64,000 nt of DNA from an uncultured delta proteobacterium (GTDB lineage: Bacteria > Desulfobacterota > Syntrophia > Syntrophales > UBA2185), in NCBI GenBank assembly GCA_963729715.1, contig CAVSPA010000009.1, positions 1 through 64,000 on the forward strand. Direction: 5' to 3'. The stretch's first letter is position 1. The number at the start of each line of letters is the position of its first letter. A program made the translations under genes and the position numbers. This document shows, one piece after another, positions 20,224 through 30,786 of this stretch. The notes under the pieces were generated by a model. The model searched no databases. It saw only the letters and a program-made list of their open reading frames with translations, and was not told the DNA's origin.

Positions 20224-21390
20224 ATGGGGAGACCAGTCGCAATTATAGGGGTTGGACAAACCAAGCACGGAAGGCGCAACGATGTCTGCTATCCTGATTT
20301 GGTGAGAGAGGCGGTCATGGCCGTGTTCGAGGATACGGGACTAAATCCCGATGATATCGACGGCGTCGTGTCCGGGACAATGCCCTCGATGATGGAAGGG
20401 GTTGCCCTGACCCACTTTTATTTTGCCGATGCCATGCAAGCCGCAGGAAAACCGATCCTAAAGACGGAAACCTGCGGATCGACGGGAGTGTCGATCGCGC
20501 ACACGGCTTATTACTGGGTCGCTTCCGGTCAGGCGGATATCATCCTCGCCGTAGGGCATGAAAAGATGTTCGAAGGGGATAGCCAGGCGACGATGACGAC
20601 GGTCATGGAGCCCTTTTATCAGAGGCCATTTCTCGCCGGCGCCCCGGGTGTCTTTTCAATGCAGTCGCGGATGTGGGTTTGGCGTTATGGCATCGACGAA
20701 GCAAAGCTCAGGGACGCCGCGGCTTACGTATCCGTCACCCATCATGACGATGCTTTTGATAACCCTTATGCGCATATTAAAATCAAAGTCACCATGGATG
20801 AGGTGAAGAATGCGAAAGTCATCACGTATCCGGTCAGGCTTCTCGATGTGTGCCCCAATTCCGACGGAGCCTGTGCCGTGATTTTTGCTTCCGAAAAAAT
20901 AGTGAAAAAATTGGGACGGAAACCCGCCTGGGTGACGGGGGTCGGATACCGGGGGGATGAGTATTTCTTTGGGGATAGCGATAAGACCGTCTGGGAGAGC
21001 GCCATTCAGGCCGCTAAGCAGGCGTATGACGAAGCGGGGATCACGAATCCCCGAAAGGAATTGGATGTGGCGGAGATATACAACCCGTTCACCTACCAGG
21101 AGATGTTGTTCTACGAATGTTTCGGCTTCTGCGACTTCGGCCAGGCGCCCGACCTTGTTCTAAATGGAACATTTACCCGGAAAGGCGAACTTCCCTGTGA
21201 TCCCTCGGGAGGCACCTTGTGCACTAACCCCATCGGTGCCACGGGACTCATTCGGACTGCTGAAGCGGCTCTTCAAGTCATGGGAAAGGCCGGAGCGCAT
21301 CAGATACCCGGCGCGAAGCTTGCTTTAAGCCACGCGATGGGTGGTGTCTGCCAGTTTAACGGAATCATGATCCTTGGATCGAAATTATAA
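20224..21390 (+). CDS. SCP-x-type thiolase-fold protein, Ltp3-like
   Basis: ADAMQAAGKP, CPNSDGACA, NPIGATGLIR. Confidence 0.85.
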   Translation: MGRPVAIIGVGQTKHGRRNDVCYPDLVREAVMAVFEDTGLNPDDIDGVVSGTMPSMMEGVALTHFYFADAMQAAGKPILKTETCGSTGVSIAHTAYYWVASGQADIILAVGHEKMFEGDSQATMTTVMEPFYQRPFLAGAPGVFSMQSRMWVWRYGIDEAKLRDAAAYVSVTHHDDAFDNPYAHIKIKVTMDEVKNAKVITYPVRLLDVCPNSDGACAVIFASEKIVKKLGRKPAWVTGVGYRGDEYFFGDSDKTVWESAIQAAKQAYDEAGITNPRKELDVAEIYNPFTYQEMLFYECFGFCDFGQAPDLVLNGTFTRKGELPCDPSGGTLCTNPIGATGLIRTAEAALQVMGKAGAHQIPGAKLALSHAMGGVCQFNGIMILGSKL

Positions 21391-21405
21391 TCAACGGAGG
21401 TAAAG

Positions 21406-21867
21406 ATGACGAAGGAATATAAAACCCTGAAGACAGAGGTTAGACTGCCATACGAATTGTCCTATGGAGCCACCTGGACGCGTTTCTTTGAAGGATTGCG
21501 GAACAAAAAGATCTATGGGTCCAAATGCAAAAAATGCGGCAGAGTTCTTGTGCCGGCCAGGACCTTCTGTCCCCGCTGCTTCGTCGACACCGATGAATGG
21601 ATCGAGGTTTCCCAGGGGGGGACGGTAAGCTCGTACGTTTATGTGAACATGGCTTACTTTGGACAACCCGTCCAACCTCCTTTCATTGCGTCGTTGATCA
21701 AGCTGGAGGGGACCGATGTGAATTTCCTTCATCTGATCGCGGGATTCGATCTGCAAAACTTCGACCATGTCGAAAAGACGATGAGGAAAAACATGAAAGT
21801 CAGTGCCGTGTGGAACAATGACCGAACGGGCAATATCTTTGACATCAAATATTTTGAGCCGGTTTAG
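21406..21867 (+). CDS. DUF35 Zn-ribbon/OB-fold protein
   Basis: CKKC...CPRC. Confidence 0.9.
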   Translation: MTKEYKTLKTEVRLPYELSYGATWTRFFEGLRNKKIYGSKCKKCGRVLVPARTFCPRCFVDTDEWIEVSQGGTVSSYVYVNMAYFGQPVQPPFIASLIKLEGTDVNFLHLIAGFDLQNFDHVEKTMRKNMKVSAVWNNDRTGNIFDIKYFEPV

Positions 21868-22026
21868 AAAACGCGAAGACAGGGCCGTTTCTGAAGGATA
21901 TTTCTTTCATTAAATTCCCGTGGGGATGAAGCTCCAGACTCCATTCCTGCCTGAGCCGAAGTATCGTTAAAATCATTTCCACGGGAACGCAACAATCGAT
22001 ATTTAACAAATAGGGGGAGGGACGAA

Positions 22027-23361
22027 ATGAGTTGGCAAGATACTTATAGAAGCCGCTTAACATCGGCTCAAGAAGCTGCAAAAATAGTTAAATCGGGTGA
22101 TTGTTTTTGGACTCCTCTTGCGTTGGGCCAGCCATCCTCTTTGATCATTGATGCCATTGCGGATCGCAGGGATGAGCTGAAGGATGTGGAATTTATCAGT
22201 TGCTTAACATTCAGGCCTTATAAGATTTATAATCCTGAATATCGCAACGTGTTTAAGTTGGTCTTCGGTTTTCTCGGCACCCCCATAACCATTCCGTTCG
22301 GTAAATCGGAATGGGCGGAATACCTGCCTCTGCAGGCTTCGGAATCTGGCACGGTCAAATGCGCTCATCGGAAAAGGACCTTCAATCGACGTATGGGAAT
22401 GGTGATGCAGGTCACGCCACCGGATAATCATGGATTCGTGAACATCGGGCTTGATGCATTTTATACAGAAGGTGTCATGAATCAGTGCGATTGGATCATT
22501 GCCGAAGTTAATCCAAGGATGCCGAGGACCTATGGTCAGACGAATTTCCATGTTTCCCGGTTTGACGCGTTCGTAGAAAATCCTAACAATATCCCAGCCG
22601 TCCCAACACCGAAGGCGACGAAGATTGAAATCAAGATGGCGGAAAACGTCGTTAGTCTTCTGAAAGATCGCGACTGCGTCCAGATCGGCATTGGCGCTGT
22701 GCCGGCCATGATCAGCAAGCTGCTGGAACACTCGGGGCTGAAGGATCTGGGGATTCATACGGAAATGGCGCCGGCCGGGAGCGACCGATTGGTGGAAAAA
22801 GGAGTGGTCACATGCAAATACAAGAAACTCAACCCTGGAAAGATCGTAATGGCTTTTTCCATGGGTGATGAAGAACTGTATAATTGGATAGCTGAGAATC
22901 CCATGTGCGAATTTCGTCCAACATTTTATTCCAATAGAATTGACGTAATCGCACAAGAAAATAACGTCGTAGCGATTAACGGATCCATTGAGGTAGACCT
23001 CACTGGCCAGATTGTATCCGAATCCATTGGCGACGTGATGCGCACTGGAACAGGAGGGCAGCTAGACTTTACAATAGGTTCTTTCTGGTCCCCGGGCGGG
23101 CGGGCGATTAACCTCGTACCCTCAACGACGATGAACGATACAGTTTCGAGAATAACGCCCTATATCACAGAAGGTGCGAGGGTGACCGTGCCCCGCCACT
23201 ATGCGGGATATATTGTGACCGAATATGGAATAGCCGATCTCTACGGACGAACGGAAACAGAGCGGGCTGAAGAACTCATCAAAATCGCCCATCCCAAATT
23301 TCGAGAAGAGCTTGAAAAGGGTGCGCGCAAGAGGGGCTTGCTAAAGAAGAAAATATTTTAA
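22027..23361 (+). CDS. Acetyl-CoA hydrolase/transferase family (4-hydroxybutyrate CoA-transferase-like)
   Basis: EVNPRMPRT, QIGIG, DLGIHTEM, GTGGQLDF, VTEYG. Confidence 0.92.
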   Translation: MSWQDTYRSRLTSAQEAAKIVKSGDCFWTPLALGQPSSLIIDAIADRRDELKDVEFISCLTFRPYKIYNPEYRNVFKLVFGFLGTPITIPFGKSEWAEYLPLQASESGTVKCAHRKRTFNRRMGMVMQVTPPDNHGFVNIGLDAFYTEGVMNQCDWIIAEVNPRMPRTYGQTNFHVSRFDAFVENPNNIPAVPTPKATKIEIKMAENVVSLLKDRDCVQIGIGAVPAMISKLLEHSGLKDLGIHTEMAPAGSDRLVEKGVVTCKYKKLNPGKIVMAFSMGDEELYNWIAENPMCEFRPTFYSNRIDVIAQENNVVAINGSIEVDLTGQIVSESIGDVMRTGTGGQLDFTIGSFWSPGGRAINLVPSTTMNDTVSRITPYITEGARVTVPRHYAGYIVTEYGIADLYGRTETERAEELIKIAHPKFREELEKGARKRGLLKKKIF

Positions 23362-23397
23362 AATCTGTAATAAAGTAGAGATCCTTGAGAAGGAGCG

Positions 23398-24546
23398 ATG
23401 ATGATACCAGAATTTACTTCGGAGCAGAAATTGCTTCAGGAAACGATACGGAAATTCGTCGAGAAAGAGGTTGCGCCACTCGCATACAAGCTTGACAGGG
23501 ATGAGAGGTTTCCATCTGAAGCCTTCAAACGGCTGGGAGAAATGGGACTTATGGGAATCACAGCTCCTGTGGAATACGGTGGCGCCGGCGTCGGATATAC
23601 GGAGATGTGCATCATAGGAGAAGAATTGGCCGTTGGTTGTTGTTCCACCTCTGCCACCTGGGCAAATCATGTGGATCTTTGCATCGACAATATTCGGCGG
23701 AATGCAACCGAGGCTCAAATGAAGAAATACCTGCCGGTTCTTTGCTCCGGCCAGAAGCTAGGCGGGTTGGCTATGACGGAAACTTTGGCCGGATCGGATG
23801 TTATGTCCATGAGGCTCCGGGCGGAGCGAAAGGGCGATTTCTACATCCTCAATGGGACAAAAATTTTTATTACTCAAGGACCGACGGCAGATCTGTTTGT
23901 GGTTTATGCAAAAACAGCACCGGAGAAGGGCACTCACGGGATTTCGGCTTTTATCGTCGAAAAGGAATTCCCAGGCTTTCTGCGTGGAAAAAAGTTCGAA
24001 AAAATGGGCTGGCGCGGGTCCCCGACCGGAGAGCTGATTTTCGAGGACTGTCAGGTGCCCGTGGAAAATCTGCTCGGGGAGGAAGATCGGGGCGCCATGA
24101 TTCTTATGAGCGGACTGAACACGGAGAGGGTCGTCATGGGGGCCATTGCACTCGGAATTGCTCGGGGAGCCTATGAAGTTGCGTTGAAGTACGCAAAGGA
24201 AAGAGTTCAATTCGGAAAACCAATATCGGCGTTTCAGCTGATCCAAGCGAAGCTCGCCGACATGGCTATGGAGATCGAACTTTCAAGGCTTATTACGTAT
24301 GAAGGGGCAATTATGGCCGACAAGGGACTGCACCGCGAGATGAACCTCGTTGCCTCTTACGCCAAGCTCTATACTTCAGAAGTCTCAATGCGCGTCACTA
24401 CGGAGGCCGTCCAGATCCTCGGAGGTTACGGTTACATGAAAGAATTCCCCGTGGAAAGAATGATGCGGGATGCGAAACTGATGACCATCGGCGGAGGGAC
24501 ATCGGAGATTCAACGCATCATCATTGCTCGTGAGATTTTGAAATGA
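23398..24546 (+). CDS. Acyl-CoA dehydrogenase
   Basis: MTETLAGSD, GLNTERV, GGYGY, IGGGTSEI. Confidence 0.93.
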   Translation: MMIPEFTSEQKLLQETIRKFVEKEVAPLAYKLDRDERFPSEAFKRLGEMGLMGITAPVEYGGAGVGYTEMCIIGEELAVGCCSTSATWANHVDLCIDNIRRNATEAQMKKYLPVLCSGQKLGGLAMTETLAGSDVMSMRLRAERKGDFYILNGTKIFITQGPTADLFVVYAKTAPEKGTHGISAFIVEKEFPGFLRGKKFEKMGWRGSPTGELIFEDCQVPVENLLGEEDRGAMILMSGLNTERVVMGAIALGIARGAYEVALKYAKERVQFGKPISAFQLIQAKLADMAMEIELSRLITYEGAIMADKGLHREMNLVASYAKLYTSEVSMRVTTEAVQILGGYGYMKEFPVERMMRDAKLMTIGGGTSEIQRIIIAREILK

Positions 24547-24829
24547 TCTGAAAGAGCATTTCCGAGCTTATGCCGGATATCCTCTATTCATAGTGATCTG
24601 GGCGGAACATTAACTGCTGACTTTCAGTGATCAAGTGGGAGCTGACCCGAGGCAGGAGAAATGTGATTGAGGGTTAGTTCTTTCGAAAGACTTGGTGTTC
24701 CATCGTAATTGATTCGCAGTGAAGTCAGATTGTGGAGGATTCGGTCTGATGAAACGGAGTCAATATTCGCCGATTCACGATTGATCCCGTCGATGTGATG
24801 ACCTCCAATTTGAGGGAGGAGAGTTGATT

Positions 24830-25574
24830 ATGACGGTCGTTTGTCATGTAGAGAGCAAAATTGCCATCATCACCATTAATAACCCGCCAATGAACACGTT
24901 GGACAGGACAGTGATGGATGGAATCCGGACGTGTTTCAACCAGATAAAACAGAACGAAACGGTGCGGGCAGTCCTTGTGACTGGAGAGGGTCGTTCATTT
25001 GTGGCGGGGGCAAATATTAAAGAGTTTTCTTCGTGGACTCTAGACGAGGTGGAGGATTTGACGGATAAAGGACAGCGCATTTTCATGCAGATCGAGAATT
25101 TTCCTGTGCCAGTCATCGCAGCCATTAACGGATTCGCCCTTGGCGTGTGATTTGCTAATTGCTTCCGAAAAGGCGAATTTGGGCTTGCCCGAGGTGAAAC
25201 TAGGCATCATTCCAGGTTACGGTGGCACGGAACGACTATGCCGGACCATTCCTATCGGCAAGGCAAGAAAGATGATTTACACGGGGGAGATCATCGGCGC
25301 GTCTGAGGCTATGGAAATCGGTCTGGTTGAAAGCATTGTCGCCGCTGATAAGTTAATGGACGTGGCAATGGATATTGCGAGAAGAATAGCGGTCAACGCA
25401 CCCATAGCGGTTCGTGGCGCAAAGAAATCCATCAATATGGGGCGCAATCTTTCAATAGAGCAAGGCATGGCTGTTGAGCTTGGTGTTGTCCGAAGGTGTT
25501 TTGACACAGAGGACAGGAGAGAAGGCATAGATGCCTTTATAAATAGAAGAAAACCCATTTTTAAGAATATATAA
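24830..25574 (+). pseudogene. Enoyl-CoA hydratase (crotonase), internal deletion and frameshift
   Basis: INGFALG jumps to LACDL in another frame at about 25140; GGxE segment missing. Confidence 0.88.
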
Positions 25575-26088
25575 AAGGAAAGGGAATAGTGATTCTGACC
25601 TTGCAAAAGTAACGTTGTCCGGAGGCTGGGATATACTTTGAGTATCGTAAAAGATAACACTAACGTACTTACAGATACGAAAGAACGGCTTGTAAGAAAG
25701 CTGCATAATCTCTCCAGTGCAGAGTTCACTCACTTCCGAAACCTAGAAGTTTCATTAGGTTCTCACCGGCATTATGATTACGGATGGACGTGTAGTGAAA
25801 TTGAGGCAGGACAGAAGTAGTTGCCAATAAACACTTTTGCATAGGTAGAAATCCCCCCTCTCAATGCTCGTGAGTGTTGAGGGCATAAAAAGGCCTCAGG
25901 CAATAGCTATGCATCTCAAAAGGTTTGCGGATGGTCATTCTTACCGCAGCGAAACCTTTTGACGTGGCAGGTTATGGGTTGGTTTCATACCCCCTTACCC
26001 AACCCTTTAACCTGCTTTCTGATGCAGCTGCTGTGGTCAACCACTTCCACGAGCACTCATTACTGCTGAATAAGGATTTGGAAGCACT

Positions 26089-27132
26089 ATGAAAGCGGCA
26101 AGATTTTATGGGGCTAATCAACCCCTCAGGATTGAAGAAATCCCGATGCCCTCGGTAGGTCCTGACGATGTTCTGATTGAGGTAAAAGCGGCTGGCATAT
26201 GCGGCTCGGACCTTCACATCGTTTTTGAAGGGTCAGTGCCACCGGGTTTCATTCCGATGACATTGGGCCATGAGTCGAGCGGCATCGTTGCTAGGACCGG
26301 TGGCAACGTAACCGACTGGAAATTTGGCGACCGGGTTGTCATCAATTCCATCGTGAGTTGCGGAATATGTTACAACTGCCGCACCGACGGGGAAGCGATC
26401 TGCGATCGGTGCAAATTCATCGGCATTCATCTGAATGGCGCCTTTGCTGAATTCATGGCCATCCCGGCAAGAAACCTTTTGAAACTTCCGGACAATATCC
26501 CCTTCGACCAAGGTGCAGTCATTGCGGACGCCGTCGCCACTCCGCATCATGCCATCGTTAAGAGAGGTAAGTTGAGAATCGGGGAAACGGTTGCGATCAT
26601 CGGATGCGGAGGTCTGGGGATTCATGCCGTGCAGCTCTGTAAAATTGGAGGAGCTTCAAGGATCATTGCCGTGGATTTGGATGACGGGATTTTGGAAAGA
26701 GCCATGAGAGCCGGGGCAACGGATAGCGTGAACAGCAAAACCGAAAACGCCGTCCGCCGGATCAGGGAAATAACATTGGGGGCCGGTGTCGATCTGGCTT
26801 TGGAATTTGTCGGGCGCGCTGAAACGATCGCAACCGGAATAAGAATCATGCGCGCCGGAGGGCGCTTAGTCGTCAGCGGTATCGGGTCGGAAAAGATCGT
26901 CCTTCCACCGCCGTCACTATTCGTATGGAAAGAATTGAGTCTCATCGCTGCCTTTGGTTTCGACAATGACGATATCTCCAGACTCATCGAAATGGCGGCG
27001 CAGGGAATACTGGATCTATCGGGGTCCATTTCGGAGAGATTTCCCCTCGATGCGGTGAACACAGCCCTGGAACATCTTAGGGACAAGGTCGGAAATCCTG
27101 TCAGAATCATGATCGATCCATTGACGTCGTGA
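26089..27132 (+). CDS. Zn-dependent alcohol dehydrogenase (MDR)
   Basis: GICGSD, GHE, CGICYNC...C, GCGGLG. Confidence 0.95.
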   Translation: MKAARFYGANQPLRIEEIPMPSVGPDDVLIEVKAAGICGSDLHIVFEGSVPPGFIPMTLGHESSGIVARTGGNVTDWKFGDRVVINSIVSCGICYNCRTDGEAICDRCKFIGIHLNGAFAEFMAIPARNLLKLPDNIPFDQGAVIADAVATPHHAIVKRGKLRIGETVAIIGCGGLGIHAVQLCKIGGASRIIAVDLDDGILERAMRAGATDSVNSKTENAVRRIREITLGAGVDLALEFVGRAETIATGIRIMRAGGRLVVSGIGSEKIVLPPPSLFVWKELSLIAAFGFDNDDISRLIEMAAQGILDLSGSISERFPLDAVNTALEHLRDKVGNPVRIMIDPLTS

Positions 27133-27517
27133 TTTGTACCGCCATTGTTCTATGAAACCCGAAATATTTGAAAGTGAGATGCAGTGGAACCATCCACGGC
27201 TCATATTCGTATTACAATCGTGTGCGCGAAGATGGAAGGGTGAAGCACTCGGATTTTGACGACTCTCTGCTGATTAACAGTTGTCATCTGTGGAGGGAAA
27301 ACGGACTGCTTGCTCGCCGACTCGGTGAGATGAATAAAGTAGCCAAACGTGTCCGTGCAAAAGTTAAGAATGATTGATCAACATCTAACGCTTTCATATG
27401 TCCAAAACATGTTTACAAGAACAATTCATGGTGGCAGGAAGCATCCCCATAAACGGGACCGTAGCCTTGCCTGGTTTTAGACGAAATGGTGAGGAGATCG
27501 CGAAAACCGTTGTGCGC

Positions 27518-28079
27518 GGGCCGCTGTGCATCAAGAGGCCCTGGCCGGGGATCATGCGGGGAGTATATGGCGATCCCATGAGGTTTCAGGAGACCTACTT
27601 CATACAGCGCCCCGGATTCTGTTATACCGGTGACGGTGCTGCCAGGGATGAAGACGGCTATTACCAACTCATGGGCCGGATTGATGATGTCATCAACGTG
27701 TCCGGGCATAGATTGGGTACTGCGGAGGTTGAGAGTGCACTGGTTGCCCATGAGAAGGTGGCCAAGGCTGCCGTTGTCGGTTATCCGAATGAGCTCAAGG
27801 GTCAGTCCATCTATGCTTATGTGACCCTGAAGACGGGAGTGGAGAAGTCAAACGCGTTGAAGAAAGGAACTGGTGACGCATGTCAGGAATCTGATCGGAC
27901 CCGTTGCTACACCGGAGAAGCTTCAGTGGGCGGATGGCCTGCCGAAGACCCGCAGTGGTAAGATCATGAGGAGGATATTGAGGAAGGTAGCGGCAAATGA
28001 AATCGATGAACTGGGAGATGCTACGACCCTTGCAGATCCTTCCGCCGTTGACGATATCGTAAATAACAGGGTACTGTAG
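27518..28079 (+). pseudogene. acsA: Acetyl-CoA synthetase C-terminal fragment, frameshifted
   Basis: [25 protein letters not shown], then shift near 27865 to [12 protein letters not shown]. Confidence 0.88.
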
Positions 28080-28093
28080 ACAGGGGGAATAAA

Positions 28094-28134
28094 CGGGTGA
28101 ATGGTTCCTTATTCCCTCCTTTACCATTCACCCG
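28094..28134. terminator. 12-bp hairpin after acs fragment
   Basis: CGGGTGAATGGT / ACCATTCACCCG. Confidence 0.45.
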
Positions 28135-28389
28135 CCCTGTATTTGTGAGAAATTCTCATGAGATTCACAGCGCGCCTTTTATCGCTCTATGATGAGGTAT
28201 CGTCGGGGGGATAAAAACATTTCAGGGTAATGGTCTGCCCATGTTTGCCGTTGTATTCAACAATAACCCGCAGGATTGCCGGGTCATCCAAATGGGTGGG
28301 AGCAACGATTTTATTGACAACCGCCCATCGTGATGCGAAACACAGTCACGATCATAAGCATAAACATGACCACGAGCATCTGCACGAAC

Positions 28390-28842
28390 ATTCGCAAGCT
28401 TGGCCACACCAACGGCAGCAGCCTTCCTCTGCCTTATCTTGACGGGGCGAATGTGGGGTTAAAGGCCTGGGACAATGATCTTCACCGGGCACTCACAGGG
28501 CGGGAAAGAGAAACCATCTTCCAAAATGTTGCCGCCGCATATGGAGCGGGAATGGACATAAAGATTAACGTGGTGTTCATACCGGGTCTTGTGGATGTCG
28601 ATCAGGTTGAGGCAATCGCTGCCTGGTTGGCAGCAATTGACCGGAACATCCCGTTTCACATCATGGGATATATCCCTGTGCCCGGCCAGCCTTATCCTCA
28701 GCCCTCACAGCGACAGATGGCCTTATCGGAGGAGGTCAGCCGGCGACATCTCAATCTGGTAGCCAGTTCACGCCTGGATTCCGCACAGGCTCTTAATCTG
28801 TCAGATAGGGATAACCGTTTTGCTGTGACAAGGATATTGTAA
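28390..28842 (+). pseudogene. Radical SAM (activase-like) C-terminal fragment
   Basis: HTNG...VGLKAW...LTG...FIPG...IAAWLA..D..IPFH; CxxxCxxC absent. Confidence 0.65.
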
Positions 28843-28933
28843 TTCAGGGTACTATCTATTTCTGTAAAATGCTAATCAACAGTACCAACGGTTATCGTTG
28901 ATTCTCAATGGTGAAGCCAGATGCACCTTTGGT

Positions 28934-29223
28934 GCAATAACCGGCGCATTTCATTTTTTCACTGATCAAGTGTCGGCATACAAAAAGAAAAAGCCGTCTC
29001 AGGAGCCGTCAACTCCCAAAAAACTGCTTAAAATAGCCGGCCATTTTCTGGCTTCTGCTGTAAACTTCGTCCAGAATATATTTCTATGTATTTATTTCTT
29101 CTCGGCTTTTACGACCTTTGTGTTCTTGATATTTTTAGAAGATGTGGAGAAAAGGAGCTTTTAGGTAATTGGCTAAATCGGTGAGGAACGGAAATTTGTA
29201 ACATCATGATAATAAACGATAAT
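28934..29223 (+). repeat. Segment right-end sequence, near-identical to 42353-42642
   Basis: Direct alignment; contains an AGCCGTC pair also seen at 4047-4066. Confidence 0.92.
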
Positions 29224-29278
29224 TGGCGTCCCCACCGGGATTCGAACCCGGGTTACCGGCGTGAAAGGCGCGTGTCCT
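29224..29278 (-). repeat. tRNA-Glu(TTC) 3'-half copy 2 (att-like)
   Basis: Identical to 4133-4187. Confidence 0.9.
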
Positions 29279-29723
29279 GGTTTTAGCTAATCCCGAATAT
29301 TTGCATAATTTCATATATTTCGATATGTTGCAAAAAAGCGTCGTGCAAAATATGGGGTAAATTTTTACGATTTTGCATATCGGGAAAAATAATTTTACCC
29401 GAAGTTTTACCCCATTTTTTTCAACTCCCTTTCCTCTATGGTGGACTGGATTCAGACAAAAAATATAACGTCATTTGACATGTTCTGCGCCCCCAAGGCG
29501 ATCAGGTATTTAATATTGATCAGGACAATGTACATGAGTCTACACATAACCGTTTTATTGAAAGCATCAAGCCGATCCAATTCGCTTATGTAGCACCTTT
29601 CAGCTAGTAATTCACGAACGTCATCAGATCAAATTCGAGTAGTGCCGCAAACTTCTAACACCTACTAATACTCACTCTAAGTTATCTCTAAAAGATAATG
29701 ATTATTGGTAGAAATGTGCAATA

Positions 29724-29754
29724 AAAGAGGAGGAGTCAATATGACCCTTCCTCT
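29724..29754 (-). terminator. Probable terminator after hydrolase
   Basis: AAGAGGAGGAGTCA-ATA-TGACCCTTCCTCTT stem with T-run on minus strand. Confidence 0.5.
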
Positions 29755-29816
29755 TCTTCGATTGCAGTGGGGATCCGTTTAGTGCCGTCACCAGTACAAT
29801 CCATTATAATGAGTCT

Positions 29817-30686
29817 TCATTTTTTCTCATTCAAGAAACTCATATAGACCTTCGCTGTTTCTTCAGGATTCTCCATCATGGGGCAATGCCCCGCGTCCTT
29901 CATGATAACCGTCCTGTAATTCTTCAGATTCTTTTCCAGGAAAGCAACTCCCCCTACATCCAGCAGTTTGTCTTGATCCCCCCACATAATCAGGACAGGT
30001 GCCTGAATCAGAGGTAGGACGGGGGCCAAAGAAAATTGGACTAGCGTTCCGCCCCAATCTTCCCATATCTTCTTGTTGAAGTCCGTGTGGGCGATCCAAT
30101 TTGCGGCCATGATTTTCTTGAATGATTCAGGGACCGCGGGCCGCTTTATAAAAGCCAATGCCATAAGCTTATCATAATCTTCGTAGTTGCGGATCCAAAA
30201 CAGATTATTGCCCTTCTCCAGTTGCATGACGAATTCGCTCTTATTCTGAGATGGAGCTCCGAGCGTATCCAACAGGGCAAGAGTCATAACCTTCTCGGGG
30301 TATTTTGCACTGTAGGTTGCAGCAAGTGCCCCTCCCATTGAATTCCCTGCCATGTGGAATTTATCGAGCTTAAGCATCTCCATAAATCGGTCGATGCGCC
30401 CCACCTGGCTCTCGACATCGTAACTATCCGTCGGCACCTGCGAGCTTTCACCGAAACCAGGGATGTCGGGTATAACCAAGTGGTAGCCCTTCAAGTATGC
30501 GGCAAAGGTCGTCCAGACGTCCTTGTAGACACCGAATCCATGAAGGAGCACGACGGTTTCTCCTTTTCCTCCTTCCAGGTAAACTATCCTGTGATCATCG
30601 ACTTGGACTTCCTTCTTGACCAAATCGGCAGCGCGTCTCTGGGCGTCCATCGCCAGTAAGAATTCTTTGTAGCCTTCACCGTCCAT
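29817..30686 (-). CDS. Alpha/beta hydrolase (lipase/esterase)
   Basis: LHGF, PDIPGFG, GNSMGG, WGDQD, AGH; AGGAGG RBS before 30686. Confidence 0.92.
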   Translation of the reverse strand: MDGEGYKEFLLAMDAQRRAADLVKKEVQVDDHRIVYLEGGKGETVVLLHGFGVYKDVWTTFAAYLKGYHLVIPDIPGFGESSQVPTDSYDVESQVGRIDRFMEMLKLDKFHMAGNSMGGALAATYSAKYPEKVMTLALLDTLGAPSQNKSEFVMQLEKGNNLFWIRNYEDYDKLMALAFIKRPAVPESFKKIMAANWIAHTDFNKKIWEDWGGTLVQFSLAPVLPLIQAPVLIMWGDQDKLLDVGGVAFLEKNLKNYRTVIMKDAGHCPMMENPEETAKVYMSFLNEKK

Positions 30687-30786
30687 TTCATTCCCTCCTG
30701 TCACTGTGGTTTGTACTGAGTCCAAAACACAGATAATGAATACATCCTATTTCAATTTCCCGTCAATGCATACAGTGCCAGCGTTA

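Larger units (their letters stand above)
4133..29278. mobile_element. tRNA-Glu-bounded integrative segment (about 25 kb), no integrase
   Basis: Bounded by identical 55-bp tRNA fragments; termini shared with neighbouring segment. Confidence 0.7.

Noticed and set aside
25877..25890. 14-bp match TTGAGGGCATAAAA to the promoter at 11937
   Set aside because: Lacks the correctly spaced TGC; may be chance
27168..27517. Short ORFs between ADH and acs fragment
   Set aside because: No motifs; the N-terminal extension of the 27398 ORF is unrelated to Acs
28898..29164. Repeated ORF (also 42347-42595)
   Set aside because: Lies in the non-coding terminal repeat, with no common start and no RBS
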